From positions 10,106,001-10,170,000 of the forward strand of contig CM119384.1 in the NCBI GenBank assembly GCA_051294905.1: DNA of 64,000 bases, written 5' to 3'. Below, one piece after another: positions 1-12,197 of the stretch. The notes below the pieces were generated by a model. It ran no database searches. It saw only the letters and a list, made by a program, of their open reading frames with translations, and was not told the DNA's origin. The DNA comes from Botryllus schlosseri. Its lineage: Eukaryota. Each line of letters starts with the position of its first letter. The stretch's first letter is position 1. The translations under genes were made by a program, and so were the position numbers.

Positions 1-45
1 CTCTCTCTCTGCCGATCGTTCTGGCACACTTCTCGGAGTTGCATG

Positions 46-572
46 TAGGGCTAGGTAAAATCGAGTACCTATAAGTGATTCGATTCTGAATCACGAAATG
101 CTTCGAGTCGAGTCGCGAGTATCCGAGCACCACTCATTATGACGTCATAACAGAATGTGATACGTCAAAGTTCAAATATGTACAATTGTACATTTTATGC
201 CACCACAAAGAATATAATGACTGTTATTCATCACATTAGAAATACTTAGGTGTATTTTTCGACCATACCTATTTCATTGCACTTTTTGGCGATGTTGTGG
301 GATGATTATGGCATCGTATGTGTGATATTTCCAGTAACGTTCTTAGTTTTTTTACTATGTTTTATATTCTGCGATACAGACAATCAAGGTTTTAAGGCTA
401 CCATAGTGGAAAATAGTGTCGGCAATTTAATTATCGTTGATAAATTAACTTTCAGGTGCGAGGAGCGTCTAATGTCAGTACTTGAAGAAATCGCCTTTTA
501 CTACTCGACTCGAATCACTAAAATTAATATTCGATTCCGATTCGAGTACTTGAATCATTGTGGCCAGCCCTA
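46..572. mobile_element. Non-autonomous hAT element (family A), 527 bp
   Basis: TIRs TAGGGCT.GG / CCAGCCCTA and a near-perfect 8-bp TSD (GTTGCATG / GTCGCATG). Homologous along its length to 6017-6533. Confidence 0.88.
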
Positions 573-1684
573 GTCGCATGTTACATGGCCTAAAGCTTCA
601 TATGTCTTGATGTGTCGTGGCGCGGTAATGGCCGACGCCGAAATGCCAATTTCTATAAATCATGCATATTTTTTCTTGGGGGAAGGGTACCCAATAATGA
701 AGGATTTGGCAACGTTAAATCGCGCGTAGCGAGAAAAAAAATGTGAATAAAGTTGTATAAATTTTCAAAAAAATACTCTATAATTTATGTTAATTCACAG
801 AATGATTTTGGTGACGTCACAACATGGTGGCAGGAAGTCAAAAAACTATCATCCTTTACCGCTAGAATGGAAATATTGCTGTATTTTATATAGCTTGCAC
901 TCTCAAGGTGTCCAAATGAAACCTTTCTAGTTTATTTCATGTACAACTATGACAATGGCCGTGAAGCTGTTGAAAAAATGCTCTAAAGTTTTGAAAATGC
1001 GCCTTTTGGCGTAGATTCCGTCTTATTTGAATATCGGCTGAATATATCGGTGAATGTGTTAGATATCGGTTTTATCGGTATCGACCCAAAAATCCAATAG
1101 GTCGGGCTCTAATGATGACCGCCGACCGTAAAATTGCTGCATTAACGACATATAGTACTTGTTAAAGATATTTTTGGTCTGTTTCTGACAGTGGTCGGAA
1201 GCCCTCTTCGTCGTAGAAGCCATATTTAGTCTATATTTTCAATAGTCAATGTTAATCTGCGGTGACGTCACAATTAACAATTCCTAACGTCGTGGCTAAA
1301 AAGAACATGTGGTAAACAAGGGCCACGTTTTAAGCAAGTTTGTTTTAGATGCAACCCTTTGTATCACGGCAACAAAACATAGGCTAATTGTGAAAATTGC
1401 AGTTGTATATTTGTGGCGTCACTATTCCTTATGTGTTTATCAAAAAGATGTATCTTGCTATTGGCAAACTGCAGTCAGCGTTAGATATCTTCTCACCTCA
1501 CTTATTATAACTATTTAAACTACTTGAGACTTCGCTTGCTGCTGATGTAGTTTTGATGATACTGAAAATCATTACATTACCTTGTAACTTAGCTATCTGC
1601 GACACTGAGTAAGACCTACCCTGCCTTAGCACATGCTTCTAGCTGCATGCAACTGAAACGCTAAATTATATAAATTGCACGTTC

Positions 1685-2734
1685 CAGTGTTGAGATGACT
1701 CGAGTCAGACTCGAGTCACCTATTTCGTATGATTTGACTTGACTCGAGTCACTTTGCTGAAATGACTTGACTTGACTCGGCGCATCAGAAATGTGGATTG
1801 ACTCGTGACTCGAAGCAAAATTCACGAGTCAATTTCAAGTCATCAAGTAATCGGTGTCGATAAAAATCACTGTGTATGGCATATGGTCGGATTGTTCGCG
1901 AAACGCTGGTGTAACCCATGAGAGCTACCAATCCTTCAATAATCGTGCGTTTCACTGGGCCTCCATTGTTCTCTCACAAATAAATTGACTGCAAACGATG
2001 TGATCGAAGCTTACAGCTGACGTTGACCTGAATTAGTAGTAGAGTAATGTAATAGCAAAATGTCTATTTCTGTTTTCTGTTCTTACCTTAACCAAACCCC
2101 TTGTTTTAATAAAATTGAATTCGAATATAGTTTATATATCCCTCAGCCATTGGCGAAGGCTCGAATTGTATCATATCAATTTGTAAAAGGGTGGTGTATT
2201 GCATCTTATCAATTCGTTTCTCTTTTTGGCTGCTAACTGAAAACCGAGGCTATGTAATTACTTGCGTAGTTAAACAGTTCTGCGTTTATGTGATCGATGC
2301 CTTCTTGCGGGTATATTCGACTTTATATTCGTTCATCTGTGCAGAAACAATGACCACTCAATCTGTATTTCAGACAGCTAGCAAAAGACAATGACGTAAT
2401 CATGCCTCATACTTTGAAAAGGCAACTTGACTTGAATTGTGACTTGACTCGTGACTTGACTTGACTCGACTTGACTCGAGTCACCTTCGAAAATCTATTG
2501 ACTTGACTTGAGTCAAAATGTGCAATGACTCGTGACTCGAAGGTAGTGACTTGATCCTAACACTGGCACGTTCACTATCGATCATCCACAAAATCTTCAG
2601 CAAAAAAATCTCAAACAGCTGATTTGACTCGGTGTTGAATTGAAAATGACTGGACTTGACTCCGGTCAAAACTATAAAAGTTAAATTGACTTGTGAGTTG
2701 TGACTCGGAACCTTGTGACTTGGTCACAACCCTG
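1685..2734. mobile_element. GACTCGAGTC-rich hAT-like element (family B), degraded long copy
   Basis: Subterminal GACTTGACTCG arrays at both ends. The right end GTGACTTGGTCACAACCCTG matches the family B TIR. No TSD is recognisable and the left boundary is approximate. Confidence 0.65.
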
Positions 2735-3008
2735 CTTACTGGTATCGATAGGGGAAAGAGCGTATAGTCACAAATTTAAAGTCTATCGCATTCATTTCAC
2801 GATCTATTCAGCAAAGACTAAATAAGTGCTTTCAGTGAATTAGTTAGAATGATATGAATAAAGAAAATATTTATTAAACACCAATATATCGCTATTCTCA
2901 TAATATAGGGACTATGGCATAATTTTAGTTTTCAGTGTCACTGAAGATTAGCATGTGATCCTGTTACAGTTCAGCAGGTAAATCAAATACCATCAACTGT
3001 GGAAGTTG

Positions 3009-3825
3009 GGGTTGCATTTAAAATAGGGTTACCATATTTTGGAAACTAAAAAGAGGACACTTTTTCAAAATTTTCAGACTTGCAATAACGGAGGCAAATC
3101 CTGAAAATATGGTAAGTTTCCCCCATTGCGTAGTCGGTTGACTAAAAAAGGTCAATTTTCCGGCTCAATTCTCCAAATACAGTTTTTTTACACATTATTC
3201 GTTGGTTGACTAAAAAAGGCCAGTTTTCCGGCTCAGATCCCGAAATAGCCGCCGGAGCGATACTTCAGTGCTGATTTACTGTAGCCTATCTCATTCGAAT
3301 TTTGCCCTAAAGTTCTCAAAAAAGAGGACATTTGGGCGTCCTCCGAGGACACTTTCAAAAAAGTCAAACAAGCTGACAAATCCTCTTAAAAGAGGACGTA
3401 TGGTAACCCTAATTTAAAACAGCAATCAATTTAAAACAAACATGTTTAAGACAAGGCCCTTGTTTAAAACATATATTTTAGAATTTTTTTTCAAGTCATG
3501 GAATATTCAGTTGTGACGTCATAGTTGATTGATATTGACAATTGAAAATATAGGGTAAATAGAGCTCCTTTGATGAAATATCTACGTACTATAATAGCTG
3601 TTGAACCGACTATATTTTGAGGTTTCCAACCATTCCGTATATCATATGAGTCGGCCATGTCGGGTGGTAATCGTCCGTAGGATCATACAACATGTTTTTT
3701 GGAAAGTATTTACACAATTATTGCATAATTATACAACTAAAAAAAACACAAAAATTTTTAAAAGGCCTTTGTTTGAAACATGTTTACAACATGTTTTAAA
3801 CAACCATTTGTTTTAAATGCAACCC
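3009..3825. mobile_element. MITE with GGGTTGCATTTAAAACA terminal inverted repeats, host of the family C insertion
   Basis: Removing 3024-3411 plus one TSD copy restores a 17-bp TIR matching TGTTTTAAATGCAACCC ending at 3825. A similar right end occurs near 1340-1358. Confidence 0.75.
3024..3411. mobile_element. Non-autonomous hAT element (family C), 388 bp, nested in another MITE
   Basis: TIRs TAGGGTTACCAT / ATGGTAACCCTA and 8-bp TSD ATTTAAAA. Confidence 0.92.
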
Positions 3826-4322
3826 TAGCGGAAGTTATACGCGTTGTATGAACAGTTGAACACTCTCCGAACCCGTAAGGCAAATTGAGTTCCAATCATA
3901 TCACCAAACAAAATCTCCGAAATCGGCATATGCATGCACGACATTTCGAATGATTCGTTTTACTAGAAAGCTCAATCACGGTATATTATATAGTCACTAT
4001 AGTCTGTGCGGGGTAATGGAATCATCGATCAATTTGAATATTGTATCGCAATCTTGTGGTGACTTGAAATGATGAAATTGTTAGCAATAAATTGAATTGA
4101 ATTATTCGGGTGAAGGTACCGTATTATTCACCACATTTCCTAGGGGCGGAATTGGGACAGAGTCATAAAGATTTATTGGCATATCGAGCCAAAACATGCA
4201 ACAATAGAAACATTTGTTCTCGGTATCTCATCATCCAACGAGTATCATCGTGTTGTGTTAGGTTCAGACCGAACTACCTCTTCTCCTCATTCCGTCCCGT
4301 GTTGCTCACTAGGAAATAATTG

Positions 4323-5734
4323 CTATACCATCAAAGGTTCCCGGTAACCGAGACACTTCATCATACCGGTATTTACTTCTTGCTGATTGAATAGTGGTGG
4401 CTCATGCCACTGCACGCCAAATCTCAGGACGTATCGGACTTTTTCCGGGAGCCACGGTCTAATGCTCCAATGGTCAAACGGCGGCCTTAGCAATTCTGAA
4501 GGAACGTCATGTCTCGTGCGCCAGCCGCCTGTCAAAATTCTACGTCGTCATCCAGAGAAAGACGAGTGAAGGAGATTCGCTCACATGATAACAAACTGAC
4601 AATTATTCCAAATCCTAATGTCACGGCGAAACCGATGCACCCGTAATAAAGGTAAGATACGGAATAAAAATCAACAACTCCTGGAATTTCAGGCGGTAGA
4701 GTTGTAGTCAAATTCTCCGATAGCAATGCCGCGGTGGATAGGACTGGCGTCGTGGTGAATGCTGCTGTCGAGTTGCCGGTTACAACCGGGCATCCAGCCG
4801 TGGAGACAGGTAGCTTGTTTCTTATGGACGTGCTTATCCCAGCTTTCCCGTAATCAACTGCTCCGCGGTACATCCAGCTTGTGCACGCGAGGCCCAAAAC
4901 CAGACCGGATAAGCCTCCCTGTTTAGGATCAATCCCGTTTGAGAATGCACGCATTTAACAATACTTGAAATGAAAAGACTTGGAAATTACGTGGCATTGA
5001 ACAGAAAATTAGGATCAAGATGAACTGAAATAATTTGTCAGGCCGAATTCGTGATAGCGACTCCGTCACTCAAAAAATAATTGTGATGCGAAGAAAGCAC
5101 AATATATTGACAACAAAATGAATCACATCTGTGACTTGACGAAACAATAGATATCATCTCAATACCCAAACGCTAAGCCATAACCATAAGTAACGCAGCC
5201 AGGGTATAAGGATCGCTTTTGACCCGCCTGAAATGAACCATATGCCTTCGTTTTGGTCGGTTATGCCCGTATCTCATGGCATTGCCGGAATATTTTGTTT
5301 TGAATTCATATCGATTTTAATTGTCCTGCTGCAATAGCGCAATCATCAAGAATTTTCAACTGGCACCGATTTAATGGAACAGGTAAACGAGCATACCCAA
5401 CTATTTGCAAAGGGAAACACAAATCCAAGAGTAAAAATTCCGATCAGCGGCCCTCCGACTATACCAAATATACTGATGGCGGCTTGGAGTACTCCTCCTA
5501 GGGTTGAAGCTAAGTACGCCATGCCTATGCAAGCGCATCCATACACTACAGCAAGACCTGAAGATGAAATATAATATTACGATTTGTGCAATCGTGCGTA
5601 TAGCACCCAACACTCAACCAATTCAATTACCTCTAGATATCCATCCGTAGGTATTATTCGAAAGCCTTGTGCATGGCTTGAGGAAGTCTTCCACAGTCAC
5701 GCATGCCATTGCATTGATGCCGGTTGATATTGTA
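4323..5734 (-). CDS. SLC5A-family sodium:solute symporter (SMVT/SMCT/NIS-like), last four coding exons only; 5' part not found
   Basis: Phase-consistent GT-AG exons at 5631-5734, 5397-5557, 4585-4918 and 4323-4528 (TAG at 4323-4325). They translate to [21 protein letters not shown]...[39 protein letters not shown]...[13 protein letters not shown], matching the SLC5A6/8/12 C-terminal helix motifs as recalled from the family. The exact paralogue cannot be assigned. Confidence 0.85.
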
Positions 5735-6016
5735 CTGCAACACAAAATATTTTGTTATCCTACGGGCGACTGGGCGTACCGCCACAACCATGATTTTCAG
5801 ATGGAAGAATAGTGCTCGACTATAGATAACTAACCTACGGATAGATGGGCAACACGAGAGTCACGGTCGAGTGATGCGACAACGGCAGATTTGTTGTCGC
5901 TTCATAGCATTAATGGGGTAATATTTGTAGCGAGTATAGAAACCTGTTTTACACTCAGCTCAATATCAATGTAGCGATACTCAGACGATGAATACATTGT
6001 CCGGTCTGGTCTCGAC

Positions 6017-6533
6017 TAGGGCTGGGCAAAATCGAGTACCTGTGTGATTCGATTCTGAATCACGTAATATGCTTCGAGTCGAGTCGAGCAATCGAGTATC
6101 ACTCAATATGACGTCATAACAGAAGGTAATATGTGAAAGTTCAAATAGTTACCTTTTATGCCACCACAAATAATATAACGCCTGATATCCATCAAATTAA
6201 AGATACTTTGGTATTTTTTCGACCATACCGATTTCATTGCACTTGGTGACAATGTTGTGGGACGATCATGACTTCGGAAATGTGCTAGTTCCAGTAACGT
6301 TCGTAGCTTTGTACGAGTTGTTTCGTATACTGCGTTACGCCCAATCAGGGTTTCAAGGCTTCAATAGTGAAAATTACTGTCGAAACTATTATTCTCGTTG
6401 ATAAATTAACTTCTAGTGCCGAGGATCGTATAAATTCAGTACTCGAAAAAATCGTCGTTTACTACTCGACTCGAATCATGACAATTAATACTCGATTCAG
6501 ATTCGAGTACTCGAATCATTGTGCCCAGCCCTA
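6017..6533. mobile_element. Non-autonomous hAT element (family A), 517 bp
   Basis: TIRs TAGGGCTGGGCA / TGCCCAGCCCTA and a perfect 8-bp TSD GTCTCGAC. Confidence 0.93.
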
Positions 6534-6659
6534 GTCTCGACCGTTAAGGCGTAAGTTTATGTTCCCTGGTAAGTCCTCGTCGAAATTGTTGGCAAAGCGA
6601 CGGAAGATATTGATTTTATGAGAGTATTATATCCTTTAATTGCCTCAGTTGATACATTT

Positions 6660-7277
6660 AGGGTGAAGATAATAAAGTTGGATTAGCAATAAAGTTGATT
6701 AGCGCGTTCGTCAGGATTTATCTACCCAGGATTAAGGAAACCGGTTGATCGCGGCGCATAAAGTTAGTGTTAATCTCATGATTTAACAAACTGGAACAAC
6801 TGTAGATTTCTAGTTATCTATAGAAACTGCGTACCATTCCTACGTCTAATTATTCCGGATAATGACCGTGCCTATTGTCTCCTAGGTTATGGCTTCACTA
6901 AACAATCAACGAATTATGTATTCCTACCCGCCATTGCAAAGCGATATCCGTTTCTTAGCTGTACCGTACGAATTGGACACGACTTTCATTTCGCGATGAT
7001 GATAATTCCACCTGTTACAGTGGCAGTACCGTCATTAGCAGGCTGCTGCTTCATTATGGAGATTGTGGGATCTCTAAGTTTCATTCACCAACTAGCAGCC
7101 TATGTATAACGCATTTTCGGATTATGATGCAACAGATAACGTCACTTGATTGAAAACTCGGGACACCGCGACTAACCATCGCGCGTAACCTTCTCCAACT
7201 TCATGCGTCGCGATTAGCAGTATTTAATCACACGATTAGCATTCTTTCGGATCAGCTAACTTTATTATCTCCACCCT
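6660..7277. mobile_element. Unclassified non-autonomous TIR element
   Basis: About 20-bp inverted ends AGGGTGAAGATAATAAAGTT / AACTTTATTATCTCCACCCT, with internal GATTAGC repeats. No TSD seen. Confidence 0.6.
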
Positions 7278-8142
7278 CGGGGACATTTAAAACACCAATA
7301 TGTAGGCCTACTTCGGAAATGTGGCATTATGTGGCCCGAGTCGTCGGTAGGTATCGTGTACATTAATATAGGCTATCACATCATCGAAAGATAGGGTTGG
7401 AATTAGCAATATGTCGTCACGTGACGTCATGAGGTTCACGTTCGTGTTCACACAGAACCTTTCAAAAAGGTTCGCGTTCACACGAACCTGAACCTTTCAG
7501 AGGTTCACACCATCCCTAACTATACTACAATGTACGTCGAATATCTATTTACAATGCGTGGATCCTGTTGATACTTCTTAGTGAGCTAACACTTGTGACG
7601 TAATAATGAGCAGTGGTGTTTGTAAATGAGACGTTTGTGCCATCACTAACCTGGTATAACGTATTTTCCTTGTTTACGAATGTTGAGTTTATGTCATAGT
7701 CCTTGTACAAATAAAAAGTAATCGCTCTTTCACAAAGAAATCGATTAGATATGGGAAGTAGTCGATTACTTCGGATTTTTTTCGAATGTGATCGATTGCG
7801 ATTACTTGAAAATGCTGTATTCGTCGTAATCGATTACTAATCGCGATTACCCCATATCTGTCGTACAATGTACATCCTGATAATCTACTAACTATTGTTT
7901 TCTGAATATCGTTAGCTCCGTATTTCGAAAACCCAGTGATTTGTAAAAGTCTGTTCGTTGCTGACCACCTCTGGCGGGTTCACACACGTACGACCTCGAT
8001 AGCCTGAATGAAACTCCGACTTTACCCACCAGATATTATACCTAATCCCTTCTGCTGTCTACCCACGCGCCACAATTAAGCTTTCAACAAACACCCCAGA
8101 TAAATCCCCTCAACACTGATAATCGTAATCGTCCTAACACGT

Positions 8143-8148
8143 TTTATT
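8143..8148 (-). terminator. Candidate SPEN polyadenylation signal (AATAAA)
   Basis: First AATAAA seen on the - strand, about 250 nt downstream of the SPEN stop codon. Position is approximate to within 1-2 nt. Confidence 0.45.
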
Positions 8149-8399
8149 GCCATTTCTACAACGATTTCCAAACGTAAAAAAGTTCGCATCATCACATCAT
8201 AATCGTAGAGAGCGCGGCAGTTCATTGATTCAAACAGGACAACCCGACGTACAAAACAATCATCACAAAATTGAAATCAAAACAGTGAGTAAGGAGAGAT
8301 AGAGAGAGAAAATTGATATAAATAGGTGCGCGACGCGGACAACGACCCGGATCTCAACGCAGAGAGGCCGGCAAAAGTCTTGTGAGCGGACGCGGGCCG

Positions 8400-11300
8400 T
8401 CACACCGCCGCGATAACGATCATGATATGCTGAATGTCGTTAATGTTAGAGAGCAGGTCCCGCGCGTGGCATTGCAGGTGCTTCGTGGTGAAGTCGCACG
8501 GCGGGAAAACGTGGAGTACGTACTGCAAAGGAACGACGGAGATGTTGAAATTCGGTTTGAAATCACTTGACAAAACAATTGCTCGTAGCCGGCGAGGCAT
8601 GGTAGCATCAGAAGTGTCTTATCAATTGAGGCATACCGACCTGCAAATCGCTACGCATCTGTTGATGCTGCACATTGACGATTCCGGCGGCTTGTTTCTG
8701 CTTCAAATAATCAATGAAGCACCGCTTGAGGGCGGTCTGTTGGAAGTTCACGTCGGTCTTGTCTCGGCCGCACGGCAGCGCCAGAAGTAGACAGTAATCG
8801 GAATTTTCCTGAACAAGGACCACACACGGTAATTCCGTTGATATGCTTCGGGGCGGCGACATTTCAGTCGCTAATCCAAATGTAAACGTAACTCGTCAAA
8901 GCGTCGCTGTTAGAAAATATCGAATCGTGACCATGAGGTTTATATTAAACGTGTGCTATAGCCGTGGTCCTCAACCATTCTCAGATTGCGGACCGGTAAA
9001 ATTACATAACAAATTTGCAGGCTGGCGAGCCTTGAAAATATATATATTAGCCTCAAATGTAATTAATACAAAATACAGCTACAAGGTAAAGTCCCGTTAA
9101 AACCACTGATTTGACTTTGATTGATTGATCGTATTTCTATTATAGGACTGCGACTTTGCTGTTTGCTAGCTTCTAGTAAAGTGCTAAATGTCGCTGAATT
9201 GTACTGTTGAAAATGTTGTTGAAGTGTGGTGATCCGCAACTAGGCAATAATTACTTTCATCTGATTAGTTACGTTTTATAGTACAGCGTCGCCTTATCGT
9301 TACCGTGTCATTCTATTCTCTTCTGTTCTGCTGTCGGTTGTGTTCTATGTTGGTTAAAGCCACATTGGTTACCTTTGCTTTAATAAAGCTTCAGTCAGTT
9401 ATTCAACGCAATAGTCTGTTCACGTCATGAAGCCTTCACTGAATCAGTCTTAAATGTGTTGAAGGCTACTTTCAAATAGTTTGGTACAACCCTTGCGTCA
9501 TTGTGAGATGTGATTATACGCTCGTCCTATGCACCTGATGTTGCAGAAACATCAGTGTCGGCGACAGGCGCTGAACTCTGGTACACCCTTAAATAGGGGG
9601 TGCGTATTATACACGGGTAAAGCAAGCCTTGAAAAAAAATCCCTCGATCAAAAACTTGATATCACACCTTTCTTCATGTTTGTTTAAATCGCGCATCACC
9701 TCTAGCCATTGGCCCCGTAATTCGTATTATAGAGTGCAACGCGCTGCCAAATAGAGAAGTGTGTTGCCAATTAACGAAAAGTGTGTTTCTAATTAACGAG
9801 AGTCGTCTGCAAAGCACGCGATCTCTTGCTGAGTCGGTTTGCCGTTTGTTCGCGAGCGAAATTAGGTCGCTGATTGCTACCGGCGTGCGCGGCAATCCTT
9901 GTTGATTTATCGCGTCAACGACAGGCCTTAACAATCGCATACACAAGAGGCCATGCGCGCAAGATATAATCGCTTGCGTAATCAGTCGCATCTCCAACAT
10001 GACTGGTGCGCCCGACATAACCGTTGGCCTGAGCAATCGCATCTGTAATTGTAATAGGCCACGTGCGAAAGATGTCGTGTGTCGCTAGCCTGAGCTATCG
10101 CGTCGCCGACCTCACAGGCTTTGGCTACTATCTACTATCGTTTAGAGACAATGCCGGTAATTGTATTATGATTAGCGTTCATCATGTCATGATTGTTCGA
10201 CAGTGACATCGCAAAACAGAACAACATCGAATACTAAACTGCAACTATTCATGTACTCATGTACTGCGAATGCAGGGTGCGTACTATACACGGGTACAGG
10301 CTTCTTCCCAGAATATGCACGTCATTTTAAGGGTACGTATTATACATGGGGGCGCACTATATTCGGAAAATTACGGTATAATACGTAGCCTGAAAATGGC
10401 ATGTAGATTCTGGAAAAAACCCTGTACCCATGTACCGTACGCAGTACGCACCCTGCACGAGCAGTACATGCGTAACTGCCGATCATACAAGCTTCTCGTG
10501 TTGACGAACTTGCGCGTATGATAAGTTACCAGCGATCGTTATGTTTTAGTAGTGGCGAAAATCGATTAGGCACGGTGTAGTCTGCTCGCGGCGATTCGAT
10601 GTCATTCTGTTTAGCGATGTCTTAATGATCACTAATCATTATACAGTTAACGGCATTGTCTCCAAACGATCGTAGATAAGAGCCAAAGCCTCCAAGGCCC
10701 GAGGCGGGATAGTTCAGGCCAGCGACGATATCTTGTGCACTAGGCCTATTGCAGATGCGATTGCTCAGGCCGACGATTATAACGTGCGCACCAGGCCTAT
10801 TGTAAATGTGATTGTTCACGCCAGAGCATCCAGGCTTGTTGTTGACGCGATAAATCAGGCCAGCAAGGATTGTGTGCTCACCGCTCACGCAGCTACCAAT
10901 GACCTAATTTCGCTCCCGCACAAATGGCAAACCGACTATGCAGGAGATCGCGTGCTGTTGTGCAGCACAGACGAACCTCGCTAATTGGCAACACACTTCT
11001 CGCTAATTGGCAGCGCCCAACAACACTGATAATACGAATTGCTGGGCAGGACGGTTGAATGTGATGCGCTATTGCCAACAAACAACAAAGACCTTGTGAT
11101 GTGATGGATTTCAAGTTTTATTTCTAGGGAGATTTTTTTAAAGAATTGTTGTACCAATGCATGTGAACAGACCCACGCGGCGTAATAGATTGCGATTTGC
11201 ACCAACACAAAAGAAAAGAGCAGAAGATGTCTTTGCAGGCTCTTGATATTGATAGTTTTGACTCCTCTGAAATAAGTTTCAGAGTGAACGGAGGCTTCGT

Positions 11301-12197
11301 GAAAATGATTCCTATAACTGCTGCTTATTAACCATGGCCGAAGATGCGTATTCGTTTGTTCCAGATTGAAGTTTCGTGTTTCTCAGCGCATGTGTTCGCG
11401 AATATGTTGTGTATTGATCGCGAGCTCGCTAACTGACTGCAGTCGGACTCACTAGTAATGTTATTGTAACGCGAGTTGTCGAGTATATATTTATCATACT
11501 CGCGAGTTCATCAACACGAGGAAGATGATCCGATCGATGTATTATCGGCTTTGGTGCGTGTAATAACCCTAATAAATTGATGCTACCTTGGTGAATTTGA
11601 AATCAAATTCAATCAATTCAACTGGCGGCCGACTGGCTACACGCCTGCATGATAGTATCGTAATTTTGTCACCATGTACAAGCGACAGATAATAATAACT
11701 GGTGATATTGAATATCTGCGAGTCGGCTCAATTGTCAATTCTTACGTATGATGAGGTCACCCCTTTGGATCTAGCATACCTACGAAAAATTAGACTTCAG
11801 CGCCCATACTGTCAACTTATAAGAATATAAGAACTGGAGATTCTAAACAAGACCGAAGGGAAGCGTTATCGATTCAATGCCAAGCGCATCTCAAATTTCA
11901 ACACAAAACACAAACGCGACACAACAAAACATTTCCTGTATCCGCAAATGTACTACGAAACGAACGAGTTCCCACCATGATTTTGCTGTCGATTCCTTCC
12001 AGCTGATGCGGTTCCAGTCTCATCCGCTGCACGATACGCAACACGGCCAGGTTTCGTTCCTTGTCCGTTTCTGCGTGGGAATCGGGCTGCGGCAGGCAGG
12101 CTTGCGCCAGGTTACGGTCGCCGCATATGAAGTGGGTCTGCACCGCGGCCGAATCGTTCTTCAGGGCTAGCAGCCCTTGCCATATGACGGGGTACCG
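8400..12197 (-). CDS. SPEN: SPEN exons 27-29 (SPOC domain)
   Basis: Exons 11976-12197, 8641-8808 and 8400-8522, all phase 0. The basic SPOC motifs LLALKND and LRIVQRMRL are present. TGA at 8400-8402. Confidence 0.95.

Noticed and set aside
250-573. 107-aa hydrophobic ORF on the + strand
   Set aside because: It lies inside a non-autonomous hAT element, begins with GTG, and is not preserved as an ORF in the second copy at 6017-6533.
1685-2734. Regularly recurring GACTCGAGTC/GACTTGAC motifs as a CRISPR-like array
   Set aside because: Eukaryotic context, irregular spacing and no unique spacers. They are subterminal repeats of a hAT-like family with TIRs.
7020-7078. + strand stretch AVPSLAGCCFIMEIVGSLS vaguely like the missing SLC5A exon
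   Set aside because: Wrong strand, no GT donor, lies inside a TIR element, and the similarity is too weak.
9674-10984. Two similar peptides on opposite strands suggesting a duplicated small gene
   Set aside because: Explained by the DNA palindrome; the frames are broken differently in each arm.
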